Positions 19,518 to 30,643 are shown, numbered from the stretch's first letter. The stretch: DNA of 32,000 bases from Wallemia ichthyophaga EXF-994 (GCF_000400465.1 NW_008806289.1:60001-92000); one strand, 5' to 3'. Made by a program: numbers and translations. The notes: generated by a model not told the origin, from the sequence alone.

Positions 19518-22410
19518 ATGTACCGCGGGAAACCAGTCGATAATCCAGGCGAGCCTTCGTCGTCAACATCGTCTACAGGCAGCGCATCCGGCGCTCCATC
19601 GTCCTCAGCCCTCTCCAAGCCTTTCAAAGTCCCGACAGTCTCTTCAGACAGACTTCGATCAGCAGCTCCAAAGCGCGTTGCGAAGAAGCGAGTGTCATAC
19701 AAGGAAGACGACTTGAAAGAAAATCGCAAAAGGGGCAGAACTGATGACGCATATGAGGATGATAGCGGCGTCGATAGGGAATTAGGTTTCGACCTCAAGA
19801 CACTCTATCCAGTATACCAAGTACGCTCAGCGAGTGCCGTACTAGGACGGGGATTCAGAATACCTTCGATCAAGGATAAATCGACGGGCGAGCAAGTGGT
19901 TGTACCGCTGTCGGGCGTCGCGTTGGGCACGCGCATACAACCTCCCATGCCACCCAGGCCTCTACATGATCCTATGGGCGAGCATGCTATTGTGCTCTAT
20001 GATCCTACTGTGGATTTTGTCGAGGAGGTGAAGGATGAAAGTGAGAGTGTGGCCCCCGCTGAACCTCCTAAGCCTGTCGATAGGCGCAATCGCTCCGTTA
20101 AGGAAATACTCGGTATCAAAAATAGAGACGAGCTCGAGAAGGAGGTCCAGCAGGTGCCCGTCGTCATTGATCCTAGACTATCGAAAGTATTACGGCCCCA
20201 CCAAGTTGAAGGTGTCAAGGTGAGACTCGTGGTGAATCGACACCATTCGCACAGCTGACACCTTCTTCAGTTTTTGTACAGATGTACCACTGGTCTCGTG
20301 TCGCCGAGCGCTCATGGTTGCATCATGGCAGATGAAATGGGTTTAGGTGGGTGATACACTCTCGTCGTCTTATCATTCACTAACTTTTACTTTCAGGTAA
20401 AACAGTACGTATTGATTTTTATTGATATATCACACTCTGACGACGCTTAACAGCTTCAGTGTATCGCTCTGCTCTGGACTCTGCTCAAGCAGTCACCCCG
20501 TCCTGGGAGGCCGACAGTGGATAAGTGCATCATCGTATGTCCAAGCTCGCTTGTGCGAAATTGGGCGAACGAATTTACAAAATGGCTCGGTCCAAATCAA
20601 GTTGGATGTTTAGTTGTCGATCACAAAGGCACAAAGGAGCAACTGCACAACGAAGTCAAGCAATGGTGTATGGCATCGGGAAGGAGTGTTACTCTACCAG
20701 GTTGGTGGTTTGTTTATCTATCCATCGCATATCATACTGATAAGCTGCAGTCATGATCGTATCGTATGAGACTCTCCGAACACTTCAAAGTGTAATTGGT
20801 AAAGCGCAAGTTGGTTTAATGATGCTCGACGAAGGTCACAGATTGAAGAATTCAGAATCGACTACATTTAAGACACTCACTGAGATACAGTGTACACGGC
20901 GAGTCATTCTCTCAGGTACACCCATACAGAATGACCTATCAGAGTACTTCTCGTTGCTTCAATTCGCTAATCCTGACTACCTCGGTAATAAGAATGAGTT
21001 TAGGAAGAACTTTGAAAATATCATTTTGAGAGGTCGCGATGCCCTCGCAACAGATAAGGAAAAGCAGATGAGTGAGGAGAAGCTGAAGGAACTTAATGGA
21101 TTAGTCAGTAAATTCATTATACGGCGTACAAACGACATTCTTTCAAAGTTCTTACCAGTCAAGTATGAGCATGTGGTATTCACGGGAATGTCACCACTGC
21201 AGTTGGAGCTGTACAAATTCTTTATCAACTCTCCTGAAACACAAACCATGCTGAAAGGAAAAACATCAAGACCACTGAAAGCCATAACGATTCTCAAGAA
21301 GCTGTGTAATCATCCAGATCTGGTTAGCATTAAGGATGATATACCGGGCTCTAAGAATCTTCTACCTCCTGATTATGTTGCAGAGAGATTGGATAAAAAC
21401 CTGCCACCAAATCCTTCATGGAGTGGCAAAATGATGGTCTTGATGAGGTTGGTAATTGGGTGTTGCAGACGTAATAAACTCTAATATCACTATAGATTTA
21501 TACAACGCATGCGTGCAAACTCTGACGACAAGATTGTCTTGGTTAGCAATTATACCCAGACGCTCGATCTACTCGAGAAGCTCTTCATGGCACTAAGGTA
21601 CGTTGTAAGTGATAATGTGGGTAAATAATCTCATGTTTCTTCAGGTGGTCATTCCTACGTTTAGACGGAACAGCTGCAGTTTCTAAGCGTGCAAAGCTGG
21701 TCGACAGATTCAATCAGCCAGATTCAAGGGAGTTCATCTTCCTCCTCTCCTCTAAAGCTGGTGGATGTGGATTGAATCTGATAGGTGCAAACAGACTGAT
21801 ATTGTTTGATCCAGGTTGGTTAGGTGTCGAGCTCAAGGTGAAAACTAACGCGACCTAACAGACTGGAATCCAGCTGCAGATCAGCAAGCGCTTGCGAGAG
21901 TGTGGCGTGATGGACAGAAGAAAGAATGCTTTGTGTATAGGTTCATCGGTACAGGTACGCTAGAAGAGCAAGTCCTGATGAGACAGGCATACAAGCAGTC
22001 GCTGTCGGCGTGTGTAGTGGATGAAGCCGAAGACGCCGATCGACACTTCTCCAAGGACTTGCTGAGGGAGATATTCAAGCATTACCCAGATACGCCTAGT
22101 CACATGCACGATACGTTCAAGTGTAAGCGTTGTGATGCAGAGACGGGGAAGCAGAAAGTAAAAGCGCCTGCATTGTTATATGGAGATGTTAGCACGTAAG
22201 TGGATAGATAGAGTAAGATTAAGACAAGGTCTAATAAGACACAACAGGTGGAACCACTATTCAAACGCGTGCCTGGAGAATATTCACGATGATTTGCTCA
22301 GGGCAGAAACTGGAGTGGGTGATGTAACCAAAGTTTTCCAAGTGAGTTTTTTACGGATTAGGAAAAGGAAAAGACTAATAGAATTACAATCACAGTATAT
22401 AAGTCATTAG
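19518..22410 (+). CDS. RAD54: SNF2-family DNA translocase Rad54, multi-exon
   Basis: Rad54_N region ([16 protein letters not shown]), [99 protein letters not shown]. Confidence 0.95.
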
Positions 22411-23144
22411 GATTGAATAAAAATTTTGATATTTATTTATAGCATCGATTGCTTTGTACTATTAGTCACAAATTAACCCATCAAGCGTCATTTGAGTTGA
22501 TCAAAATACCTTTACCCCGAACTTATTATGTTTAGATTTTCGTCAATCCCCACTCGTTCTTGAAGGCATTTTCTTTCTTCTCCTTGTATGATTTTAGTGC
22601 GTTCCTGGTTCTTTTGCTGATCACTACAATATCTTGGGCGTAGAGCAATTACATATGCTCATTCTCGCGCTATTTTTTCATCATAGCGAGCATTTCTTAG
22701 AATTGAGCGTTTGAAGCCATTCGCAAGATATATTATAGTGTCATTATCCACCAAATGGCTCTCCTGTATAAATTACTTCTGTTAGATAATTACTTGTGGT
22801 TGCGACTGGTCGGCATTCGACCCGTTTATCGCCTGTAGCCTCGATTCTTTCTCAGGAGTCAAACACAGACCTAACCTAGTTTAATACTGTGTCTTATCTA
22901 CATACTGCATTCATACTTGTTTCCTCGTTGACAAAATTTTCTCATTTCATTCAGAATCTGTGAGATATCGTCGCTTAGTCGAAAATTTTCACCTCAGCCA
23001 CTATTGAAAAAGAGCTCGTTCAAATTTCTTTCCTTGGTCGAAATTATTTTTCGTCCGCCCCGGAACTCATTTTAGGGTTTCGCTGAATTTAGCTTACGCT
23101 TCGTTGTACCATTACCACCACAAAACACAGCAAATAGCGAGTTG

Positions 23145-24417
23145 ATGGCTACTCAGCCACAGCCAGATAAGAAAACTTCAAAATTCAGCAAATTATTTGA
23201 TAAGAAGGATAAGGATAAGGATAAGGATAAGGATAAGGAGCAGGTGCAGTCTTCTGCGGGCTCAGAGCACTCGCAGCATTCACAGCAACCACAGCAACCA
23301 GCTTCACGGCCACCATCACGGCCACCTTCAAGGCAACAGGCAAAGAGGGCAAACAGCGAAACCAACAGTGACGGTGGCAGTAAACTCAGTCACGCCCTGT
23401 TAGATTTATTACCCGCGCCACTTAATAGAAAATCATCAGCATCTTCACACAATAAGGATAAGGATGATCATAATTCAACAGCTTCTTTGGGTAAGAAGTA
23501 CGGCGTTTGTGATAAGATCGCTATCGGCAGAGGCGCAACTGCTGTTGTTCGATTGGCCCATCGTTGGGATAGATCAGACGAAAAATTATTTGCTGTTAAA
23601 GAATTCAGAAAGAGGCGTAAAAATGAAACTGAGAAGGAATACGTTAAGAAGCTCACTTCAGAGTTTTGCATTTCATCCACTTTACATCATAATAACATCA
23701 TTGAGACAGTAGATTTAGTTAAAGATGAGAATAGCCATTGGTGTGAAGTTATGGAGTATTGTCCTGGTGGTGACTTGTACGCTGCTATCAAGAAAGGTCA
23801 ACTTGGTGATAGACTTGCTATGGGTTTCTTTAAGCAAATTCTATCCGGAATTAGTTATTTACACTCTATGGGTGTCGCTCATAGGGATATTAAGCCTGAG
23901 AATTTGTTACTTGATGGTAGAGGTTCTGTTAAGGTGAGCAGACTAACAAAACTCACATCTCACATCTCACACTCGACAGATTACAGACTTTGGTGTCTCA
24001 GATGTATTTAGAATGTGCTGGGAGAAGAAGACACACATGTCAAAAGGTCTATGTGGGTCAGAGCCTTACATAGCACCAGAGCTATTCGAACAGAAAGAGT
24101 ACGATGCTAGATTAGTTGATATTTGGTCAGCAGCTATCGTATTCTACTGCATGACCAATCAAGAGTTGCCATGGCGAGTTGCTAGAATCGCTGATCCAAC
24201 TTTCTCACAATATGAGCAAACATGGAAGAGACCACCAAAGTTGACAGAGTTACATCCAATCAAGGAGTTCCCACGAGAATCTCATCAAATTATATTAAAA
24301 ATGTTAGCACCAAATCCAAAAGATAGGTGTCTGATTGAGGAGGTTTTGAAGGACGATTGGGTCAAGTCGATTAAAACTCATCAACATGGTGGTAGCAGAG
24401 ATGAATATGGTAGCTAG
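23145..24417 (+). CDS. SAT4: NPR/HAL-family Ser/Thr kinase, Sat4/Hal4-like, 2 exons
   Basis: GRGATAVV, AVKEF, EFCISSTLHH, WCEVMEYC.GGDL, HRDIKPENLLL, intron, ITDFGVSDVFRMCWE..GLCGSEPYIAPE. Closest recalled pattern is Sat4/Hal4; exact orthology is not tested. Confidence 0.8.
23208..23237 (+). repeat. Coding microsatellite (GATAAG)x5 encoding Asp-Lys repeats
   Basis: Five exact tandem copies read directly. Confidence 0.9.
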
Positions 24418-24674
24418 CACATGTACATTGTAGTTGCATCACTCCAAGCTCCTTTTTCTTTCATTTCCTTTTCACATGGGTTACTTACTCTATATAAATT
24501 GGCATTCAACACAAGCTCAACAAGGTAGCAAAGTAGATAAAACACTATACATACGCTCAACACAGTATATACGACACTTTCAGGCATTTCAATTTGGCAA
24601 TTAGGCTAACAGACTATTTGTAAATATACCAACATAAAAATTTCAACTTTTCTATAACATGATAACATAACATT

Positions 24675-26888
24675 CTAATAGAATAATTTAGTGAATGACA
24701 ATACGAATGCAGTTCCTATGATGAGGATGATTTGACGACGTTTCGAGAGTGTGGTTAGGGTGGTGTCTGGTATGGGTGATTTGTTGAGTGGTAGGGAGGA
24801 ATGAGAGGAATGAGAGGAATTTGGGGTGACAAAAGCGACAACGATTCCGACAAAATATGTAGATACCTCGTTAATCTTGATTGAGAGTGGGATAAACAAG
24901 GCCAAACCAGCAGCGAAATTGAGCAGTTTGTTTGAGTAAGGGAGTAGTACGAGTGTACCTTTTGAATCACCAGCCAAAAGGAGGTGAAATTGCAATACAA
25001 ACAGCTCCAAACTGCATCTACCAAGCTGAGCGAGGAGGGTGGAGTGATGAGAGCGAGCAGCGTTAGAGCAATTCCTCAACACCAAACAACCCATTACGAC
25101 AATGGGGGAGATGAAGGTGTGATATTGGTTGTAGGTGTACTTGATGGGAGTAACAAGCGTATCTAGCACAATCATCATCACCACTACTACAGCGGATATC
25201 GAAATGGTGGTAGTGTTGATCCACCGATGCGTCTGCGTGTTTTCGGAATGGTGAATTAGGACAGCCACTAATGCACCTGTGAATGGCGCCAAGATATCCA
25301 AATTAAGTCTGAATTTGTATTCGTAGGGTATAGCGCTATTCAAGTAGGGTATGTTCAAAGCAGCCAACGAAAGCGCGAGAGATATCAGCAGTTTGATGGA
25401 GACAAGTTTTGGGTTAGAGTTGAAATGCGAGTAAGAGTAGAAGGTAATCCAGAGAACTGTATACCAAATGGTGACGATGGGGATAAAGTAGTAAGTGATG
25501 TACTGTACGTCGAGGACATGACACAAAACCGCAGTGAGGATATTATACCGTGTCATTACTGCAATGTAACGCGGGATTGTGGGTTGGTTGTTTTTGAGGA
25601 AATACATACTATTCCCGTAGCCTTGGAGGAGGAGATATGAAGCAACGAGGATGCGCACGGGGATGTAGAACTGTGGGTGTTTAGACCCGTTGAAGTAGTG
25701 GTAGATGAGTATAACAAGCTGCATCGCCCCTTTTAATTCATCCGTCTGGGCACGATTTAGCACACCCGTGTTGTCTTGATTTCGCGTGGCGGTCTTGTAG
25801 CCCACTCCACCGACCATGAGAAGCAGGGGGAGTACAGCTAATAGGGAGAACTGCTTAGGGGATTTCGTGAAAATATGCGATCTGTCTGTGAGATAAGCGA
25901 GGAGGAGTACAGCAGCAAAGATGGACGATTGTGTGAGGAGGTATTGACGCGGGTGATCGGGTTTGAATGCCGCTTGTACCACTTTGGCGGCGGCAACAAG
26001 GACGAGGAAAGTGAGACACAAAAATTGCATCGGTCGCGGTGAAGGGTACGGTCTGCAGCAAGAGACGTTGTTGGATGGTGTGAGATCGTTGCACCAGTAG
26101 TTGAGTAGGAGCTGTGTAGCGTGGTGCAACGCTTTGGGGGAGTAATGGAGACCATCGGTGGTCTCGTTGGGGGATGCGCTGACTATGTCATTCAGCGCGA
26201 AAGGTATGGGGATCGTGCGGCGTACACTGAGATCGGCATTCATTGCGTCGACATCGTCGTCAGTTATTGTTAGGCTGCGTTCGGAAGACAGCTTGTTGAT
26301 TTCCGGGTGGAGGACAGGGAGGAGGAGGGAGTTGTAGGGGAGGGTGCGGGTGTAGACGGAGTCCACGGTGGCTGACCAGGACTGGATATCGACGTAGCGG
26401 AGGTACCAGAGACCTGTGCCGAGTACGGTAAAGGTATTCCGAGGGAGTGTGTCCAAGTCGGTGGAATTGAGGTATGGATCCCATTTAAAGTGGATAGAAA
26501 GTGCGCGTGCACTGTCGCCGCTAGATTTGTCCGCGTGTTTCGCCACAGAAGGGTTTCTAAGTGAGAGAAAAAGAGCTAAATTGTCGTATAATTGGCGTGT
26601 GGTGCTGTCACCGATGAAAGCGACTTGCTCACCACTCAAACACTGCTCAGCGGATAGACGAGAGTGAGTGGCTGGAAGGCAGTTTTCAGTGTACAATCCA
26701 CGCTCTAAATGAGTATCAGTGAGCAGCTCGTTGCAATGTTGTTTATCGTCTGAGGGGTGTTAGGGGGAAATTGCGTGCTGTACCCCAGACACACCGTTTA
26801 TCGAGTAAATGAGTATGCTGAGGGTTATTAGTACGCAGATTGATGCCGATAACAATTTGTGCATCGAGAGGGACGTCGTGGGAGTCAT
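24675..26888 (-). CDS. CAS1: Cas1/CASD1-family polysaccharide O-acetyltransferase (SGNH-like domain plus multi-TM Cas1_AcylT domain), 2 exons
   Basis: N-terminal TM exon 26795-26888, 45-nt intron 26750-26794, FIGDSTTRQ, DGLHY, LNRAQTDELKG.MQ..ILIYHY and many hydrophobic segments. The start ATG (26888) is a best guess. The name refers to the Cryptococcus capsule gene, not the CRISPR cas1. Confidence 0.85.
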
Positions 26889-27594
26889 AGCATACGGAAA
26901 TTTGGGCATATAACACATTTTAGTACAACAAATTGGATATAATAAAGCGTACGTGATAGGTCCACGTAAAGTAGCCATCTTGGCTGTGGACACGCGTCTG
27001 CCCTAATGGTTGATGGGGCTATTAGCCGGCAAGATAAGTGATCGACTATGGTGTCAAGTACACCCACTGTGCTTGACGAGTGGAGTTGCAAATAGGGGCT
27101 CCGCCTACTCGCCCCGTCTAGAATCAAGTAAATTGTAAATTAAAACCTTAAAAGCTTAATTAAATTAATGCCCTGGAAATATTGCATAGAATTGGTCCCG
27201 TAGGTAGGTGCACGACGGGAGTCAGGCGGAGCTAGCGTGAATATACTTGGACCACATAGACCACGGCGATTACAAGGATTTACCCTTTATAATCACCCAC
27301 ATCACCCAAATCACATGCACACACACCCACGGTCACCGACGCAGGGAGTGCAGGGATAGCTGCACAACGAGAGCGAGGTGCAGTGTGCAGTGTTCCAAGC
27401 TTATGCAGCGCCCACACCGACTATATAATCGATTATAACGTTTGTATCGCCATTTCTAGGGTCCTCGCGTCGCACTATTGTAGGGATGTGAATTAAGCTC
27501 GGCACGCGAACACGTAAATTCAAAATAAGCGGTGCCTAGAAGGGAGTATCTTTAATCTGAGACGGTCATAGAGAGCAACATTAGTGAAACAAGA

Positions 27595-28671
27595 ATGCCT
27601 AATCGCGTACATGAGCTGTGGTGGGAGGAGAACAAGACACGAGTGTGGACGGTGGAGGTGGATAGCGGCAACTACGTAGCGCGGCGACAGGATAATGACC
27701 AGATAAACGGGACGAAGCTTCTCAACATAACGCGCATCACGCGGGGCAAGCGGGATGGAATCCTGAAGAACGAGAAGAGCAGGCAGGTGGTGAAGACGGG
27801 CACTATATCTCTCAAGGGCGTTTGGATACCACTGGACCGAGGCCTCGTGCTAGCGCGGCAGTTTGGGATTGAGCAGCTCGTCTATCCCCTTTTCGAAGCG
27901 AATGTGGGCGAGTATGTCGAGAACAGCGTCGTGAGCCAGCACGCTATCAAGAGGAAGTCACTGAACAGCTTGCATTTGGTGGATAACCTCACCACTAACA
28001 GCGAGTTGCCTGCGAGCAAAAGACGGTCTACGGTTAGCACGTATAGGCCTAATGGGCATGTGAATATGCAGCAAACACATGTACACCCAGCACACGCACA
28101 CCCGCACCCACACTCCCTCCCCCACCCGCACTCTATCCTCATGAGCGGTAGTGTGAGTGGCAGCGGCAGTGGCGGCGCGAGTACACCGTCGCCTTACGTC
28201 GACTCGTTCGGATATGCCCCAGCTTATGAGCAGGGTCAAAACCAAGGTCAAGCACACGCGCACGAAGAAGCACCACAATACGCTGGCAGATCACGCAATA
28301 CGTCGAGCGCGTCGGAGTGGATGACCAATTGGAGCGCGTCGTCAAGTAGCCCAATCCTCCCAGCCACACCAATCAACGGCACTTTCTCGCCGGTTATGAA
28401 CACGTTCCAGTCACTCGCCATGCACTCACCCCCCGTGCCTATACCGAGCTATTACTACGACAGCAGCTCGTCTTATTTCCCAAGTTACCACCAGAAACAG
28501 CAGCAAGGGGAAAGAAGGGTCGGAATGAGTGGGGTGAATAGCATGGGTGGAGTGGGTGGAGTGAATAATATGAACCACCTCCCAAACACACTGCCACCCA
28601 CTCTCCCAAATACACCGACGCAGTCTCACTTGAGTCCGAATAGTAATGAGTATATGCACATGGCCCAATAA
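27595..28671 (+). CDS. APSES transcription factor, StuA/Efg1/Ust1 subfamily (358 aa, intronless)
   Basis: VARRQDNDQINGTKLLN..RITRGKRDGILKNEK.R.VVK.G...LKGVWIPL..LVYPLF, followed by a low-complexity H/P/Q/S tail. TATATAA at about 27422. Confidence 0.88.
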   Translation: MPNRVHELWWEENKTRVWTVEVDSGNYVARRQDNDQINGTKLLNITRITRGKRDGILKNEKSRQVVKTGTISLKGVWIPLDRGLVLARQFGIEQLVYPLFEANVGEYVENSVVSQHAIKRKSLNSLHLVDNLTTNSELPASKRRSTVSTYRPNGHVNMQQTHVHPAHAHPHPHSLPHPHSILMSGSVSGSGSGGASTPSPYVDSFGYAPAYEQGQNQGQAHAHEEAPQYAGRSRNTSSASEWMTNWSASSSSPILPATPINGTFSPVMNTFQSLAMHSPPVPIPSYYYDSSSSYFPSYHQKQQQGERRVGMSGVNSMGGVGGVNNMNHLPNTLPPTLPNTPTQSHLSPNSNEYMHMAQ

Positions 28672-28730
28672 AGCGGCGTCAATGAAAAGAAGATTGTATG
28701 AAATGTATGTTTATTATCACGTCAATCATG

Positions 28731-29690
28731 TCAGATGGAATTGATGATGGCCAACTTGCGTGAAATAGCGTGAGTTGGTTCGTTAGCGAGGTCATCTTGA
28801 TAGTTGTGGAGGGGAGTTTCGAGAGCGTCTTTGGTAGCGATGGCGAGGAGAGAGTGAGAGTTAAAGTTTTCATGTGTAATGGAAGGTTCATGGTCTGTTG
28901 ATTGAGGGTTGAGTTGAGTGAGGAAATGGATTCTCTGCTGCTGCATTTGGGTTGCCCACTCGAGGTCTTCAGGGAGGTCAATGTTCTCGTGCATCAACTC
29001 AGCGTCACTGAGTTGAACCAAGCGAGGACATCTGCCTGGGTGCTGCCTACTCCAGTCGTCGTCGAAAGGATTGGGATGGGATTGATCATCAGACACCTTG
29101 TGCAAGTAGTGGTATACAAGCCAGAGAAAGGCATTGGAGGCGAGGTGAGAGGGGATGTTGGATGGCCAGAGGAGGTTGTGGAGGGTAAAGCCGGAGTGGA
29201 GGTTGTCTCTGTTGATGGTTTGTGCCGAGTTGAAGAGAATAAAGATAAAGTTTGTGAGGGGAGTTGGGGGATGGATACCATTGATGAGCCTGAGTTGAAC
29301 ATCTTGTAAGGATACACAATTAGGATCGAGGGTGCCGTTCAAAACATTCTTAATCCTTGGGGAGTCACCAAGGAGAAAGTGAGACAGTCTTAGAGAGGGG
29401 ATAGGATAAAAAACGCGTAAATTAGATCTGATTTGAGGTTGGAAGGTGAGGGTAGTGTTTAGTCTGCCAATATTTACTAAGAAAGAGGTATAAAGGTAGT
29501 GTAAAGTGAAAATTTTATTAGAATCTAATTTGTCCCTTAAGGATTTAGGAAGTTTGGGGGAGGATAGGAGGGAGTTTCTGTAGAGGGAGTGGAAGGAGGG
29601 ATTGATGAAGATGGCTTGAATTGTATCAAAATTCAATATTTTTTTAGTGAGGATATTACCATCTGCCAGTTTAATCGAGCTGTTGGACAT
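28731..29690 (-). CDS. IES1: INO80 complex subunit Ies1-like (319 aa)
   Basis: LRDKL, LVNIGRLNTTL.F.P..R..LR.F.PIPSL, SPRIK, P.TNFIF, AFLWLVYHYL, NPF and ENID match the recalled Ies1 motif order. ATG at 29690. Confidence 0.78.
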   Translation of the reverse strand: MSNSSIKLADGNILTKKILNFDTIQAIFINPSFHSLYRNSLLSSPKLPKSLRDKLDSNKIFTLHYLYTSFLVNIGRLNTTLTFQPQIRSNLRVFYPIPSLRLSHFLLGDSPRIKNVLNGTLDPNCVSLQDVQLRLINGIHPPTPLTNFIFILFNSAQTINRDNLHSGFTLHNLLWPSNIPSHLASNAFLWLVYHYLHKVSDDQSHPNPFDDDWSRQHPGRCPRLVQLSDAELMHENIDLPEDLEWATQMQQQRIHFLTQLNPQSTDHEPSITHENFNSHSLLAIATKDALETPLHNYQDDLANEPTHAISRKLAIINSI

Positions 29691-29707
29691 CACCAAGGAA
29701 GAAGGAA

Positions 29708-30643
29708 ATGACAAAACTAAGGAATATATATAACCAGAATAAGTGTTTAGTGAGAATGTCCTGGAGGGATTCAAATCTGTATAATTTATTCAACCTCTCT
29801 TATGGTTTTAAGCAGTTGGATACAAAGTTCAATAAAACATCTGCGACTCTATTCCAGCAAAGATTTAAGGCTAAGAAGCTTGTCAGATCTTACCACGGGG
29901 ATTATTTACAGGAGAATATTTTCAGAAAATGGTTTTTACCACAGCAGCTACCAATTATCACCAACAGCAAGAGCAATAGACAGGGACTGGCAAAGTGGAA
30001 TAAGCAGCCGCAGACCCAATCACCATCCACTCCAGTTACCTCCCTCATGTTTGTTGAGTTGGAGAGACGCCTGGACCACCTCCTCTTCAGAAGCTGCATG
30101 GCTAGCTCCATCTACCAAGCCAGAAGCATCATCACTCAAGGGCACGTAACTCTTAATGGTTACAAGCACAATGATCCAAACACTCGCCTTGATCCTGGTG
30201 ATTTGGTTGGGTGCAATCCACGCCTTGTTGCGACTTTGAGGAGTGAAAGTGGTGAAAAAGGGGGTGAAAATGAGGAGACTGAAGAAATTCAAGGAGGCGA
30301 GCTGAATGAGAAATCTGAAAACCCTCAGCAACCTCCTCAATCATCTCAATCACCCCTCCCCTTCCACCTCCCAAACTACGCTTCCCCTTTCCTCTTCATT
30401 CCTCCTTATATAGAACCCTCCTTCCAAACTTGCAGCTTCATTTACCTCCGCCACCCAACCGCACGCCCAGGCTACTCTGAAATTCCCTCTCCATACGCTG
30501 CAGACGGTGACGTAATGAAATTGGCTTGGGAGTGGTACGTTGGCAGACAGATTAGAGCGCGCAATCTCGGCAGCGGGCCGTGGGGTGGTCCACGTCGTCC
30601 TTCCGGTACCAAACGCGGCAAAGGTGAGGAGAGACGTGGTTAG
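29708..30643 (+). CDS. NAM9: Mitochondrial small-subunit ribosomal protein uS4m (Nam9), 311 aa, intronless
   Basis: RMSW..NLYNL, TLFQQRFKAK..RSYHGD, S4 motif LERRLD..LFR...A.SIYQAR..I.QGHV.LNG...LDPGD, and YLRHPTARPGYSEIPSPY. Confidence 0.9.
   Translation: MTKLRNIYNQNKCLVRMSWRDSNLYNLFNLSYGFKQLDTKFNKTSATLFQQRFKAKKLVRSYHGDYLQENIFRKWFLPQQLPIITNSKSNRQGLAKWNKQPQTQSPSTPVTSLMFVELERRLDHLLFRSCMASSIYQARSIITQGHVTLNGYKHNDPNTRLDPGDLVGCNPRLVATLRSESGEKGGENEETEEIQGGELNEKSENPQQPPQSSQSPLPFHLPNYASPFLFIPPYIEPSFQTCSFIYLRHPTARPGYSEIPSPYAADGDVMKLAWEWYVGRQIRARNLGSGPWGGPRRPSGTKRGKGEERRG

Noticed and set aside
22512-22763. Minus-strand frame of 34 codons + TGA + 48 codons in the RAD54-kinase spacer (readthrough, selenocysteine or pseudogene?)
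   Set aside because: No start codon or credible upstream exon, no recognisable motif, no SECIS-like hairpin seen, and no donor site to remove the stop. Compatible with chance; RNA-seq or tBLASTx could revisit it.
24675-26888. 'CAS1' as a CRISPR-associated gene, or nearby repeats as a CRISPR array
   Set aside because: The protein is a membrane O-acetyltransferase in a eukaryotic intron-containing locus; the name overlap is coincidental. No regularly spaced repeat-spacer array exists in the window.
27005-27120. GGGGCT motifs as RNase MRP/P RNA conserved region V, or a telomerase or TPP riboswitch RNA
   Set aside because: No upstream GAAAGTCCCC-type CR-I, no CTAACCCT template, and no CTGAGA...CCTGAT TPP pattern.
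28902-29319. Overlapping ORFs 28902..29309 (+), 28994..29317 and 29089..29319 within IES1
   Set aside because: They arise from strong purine/pyrimidine strand skew in the IES1 CDS and have no independent coding signature.
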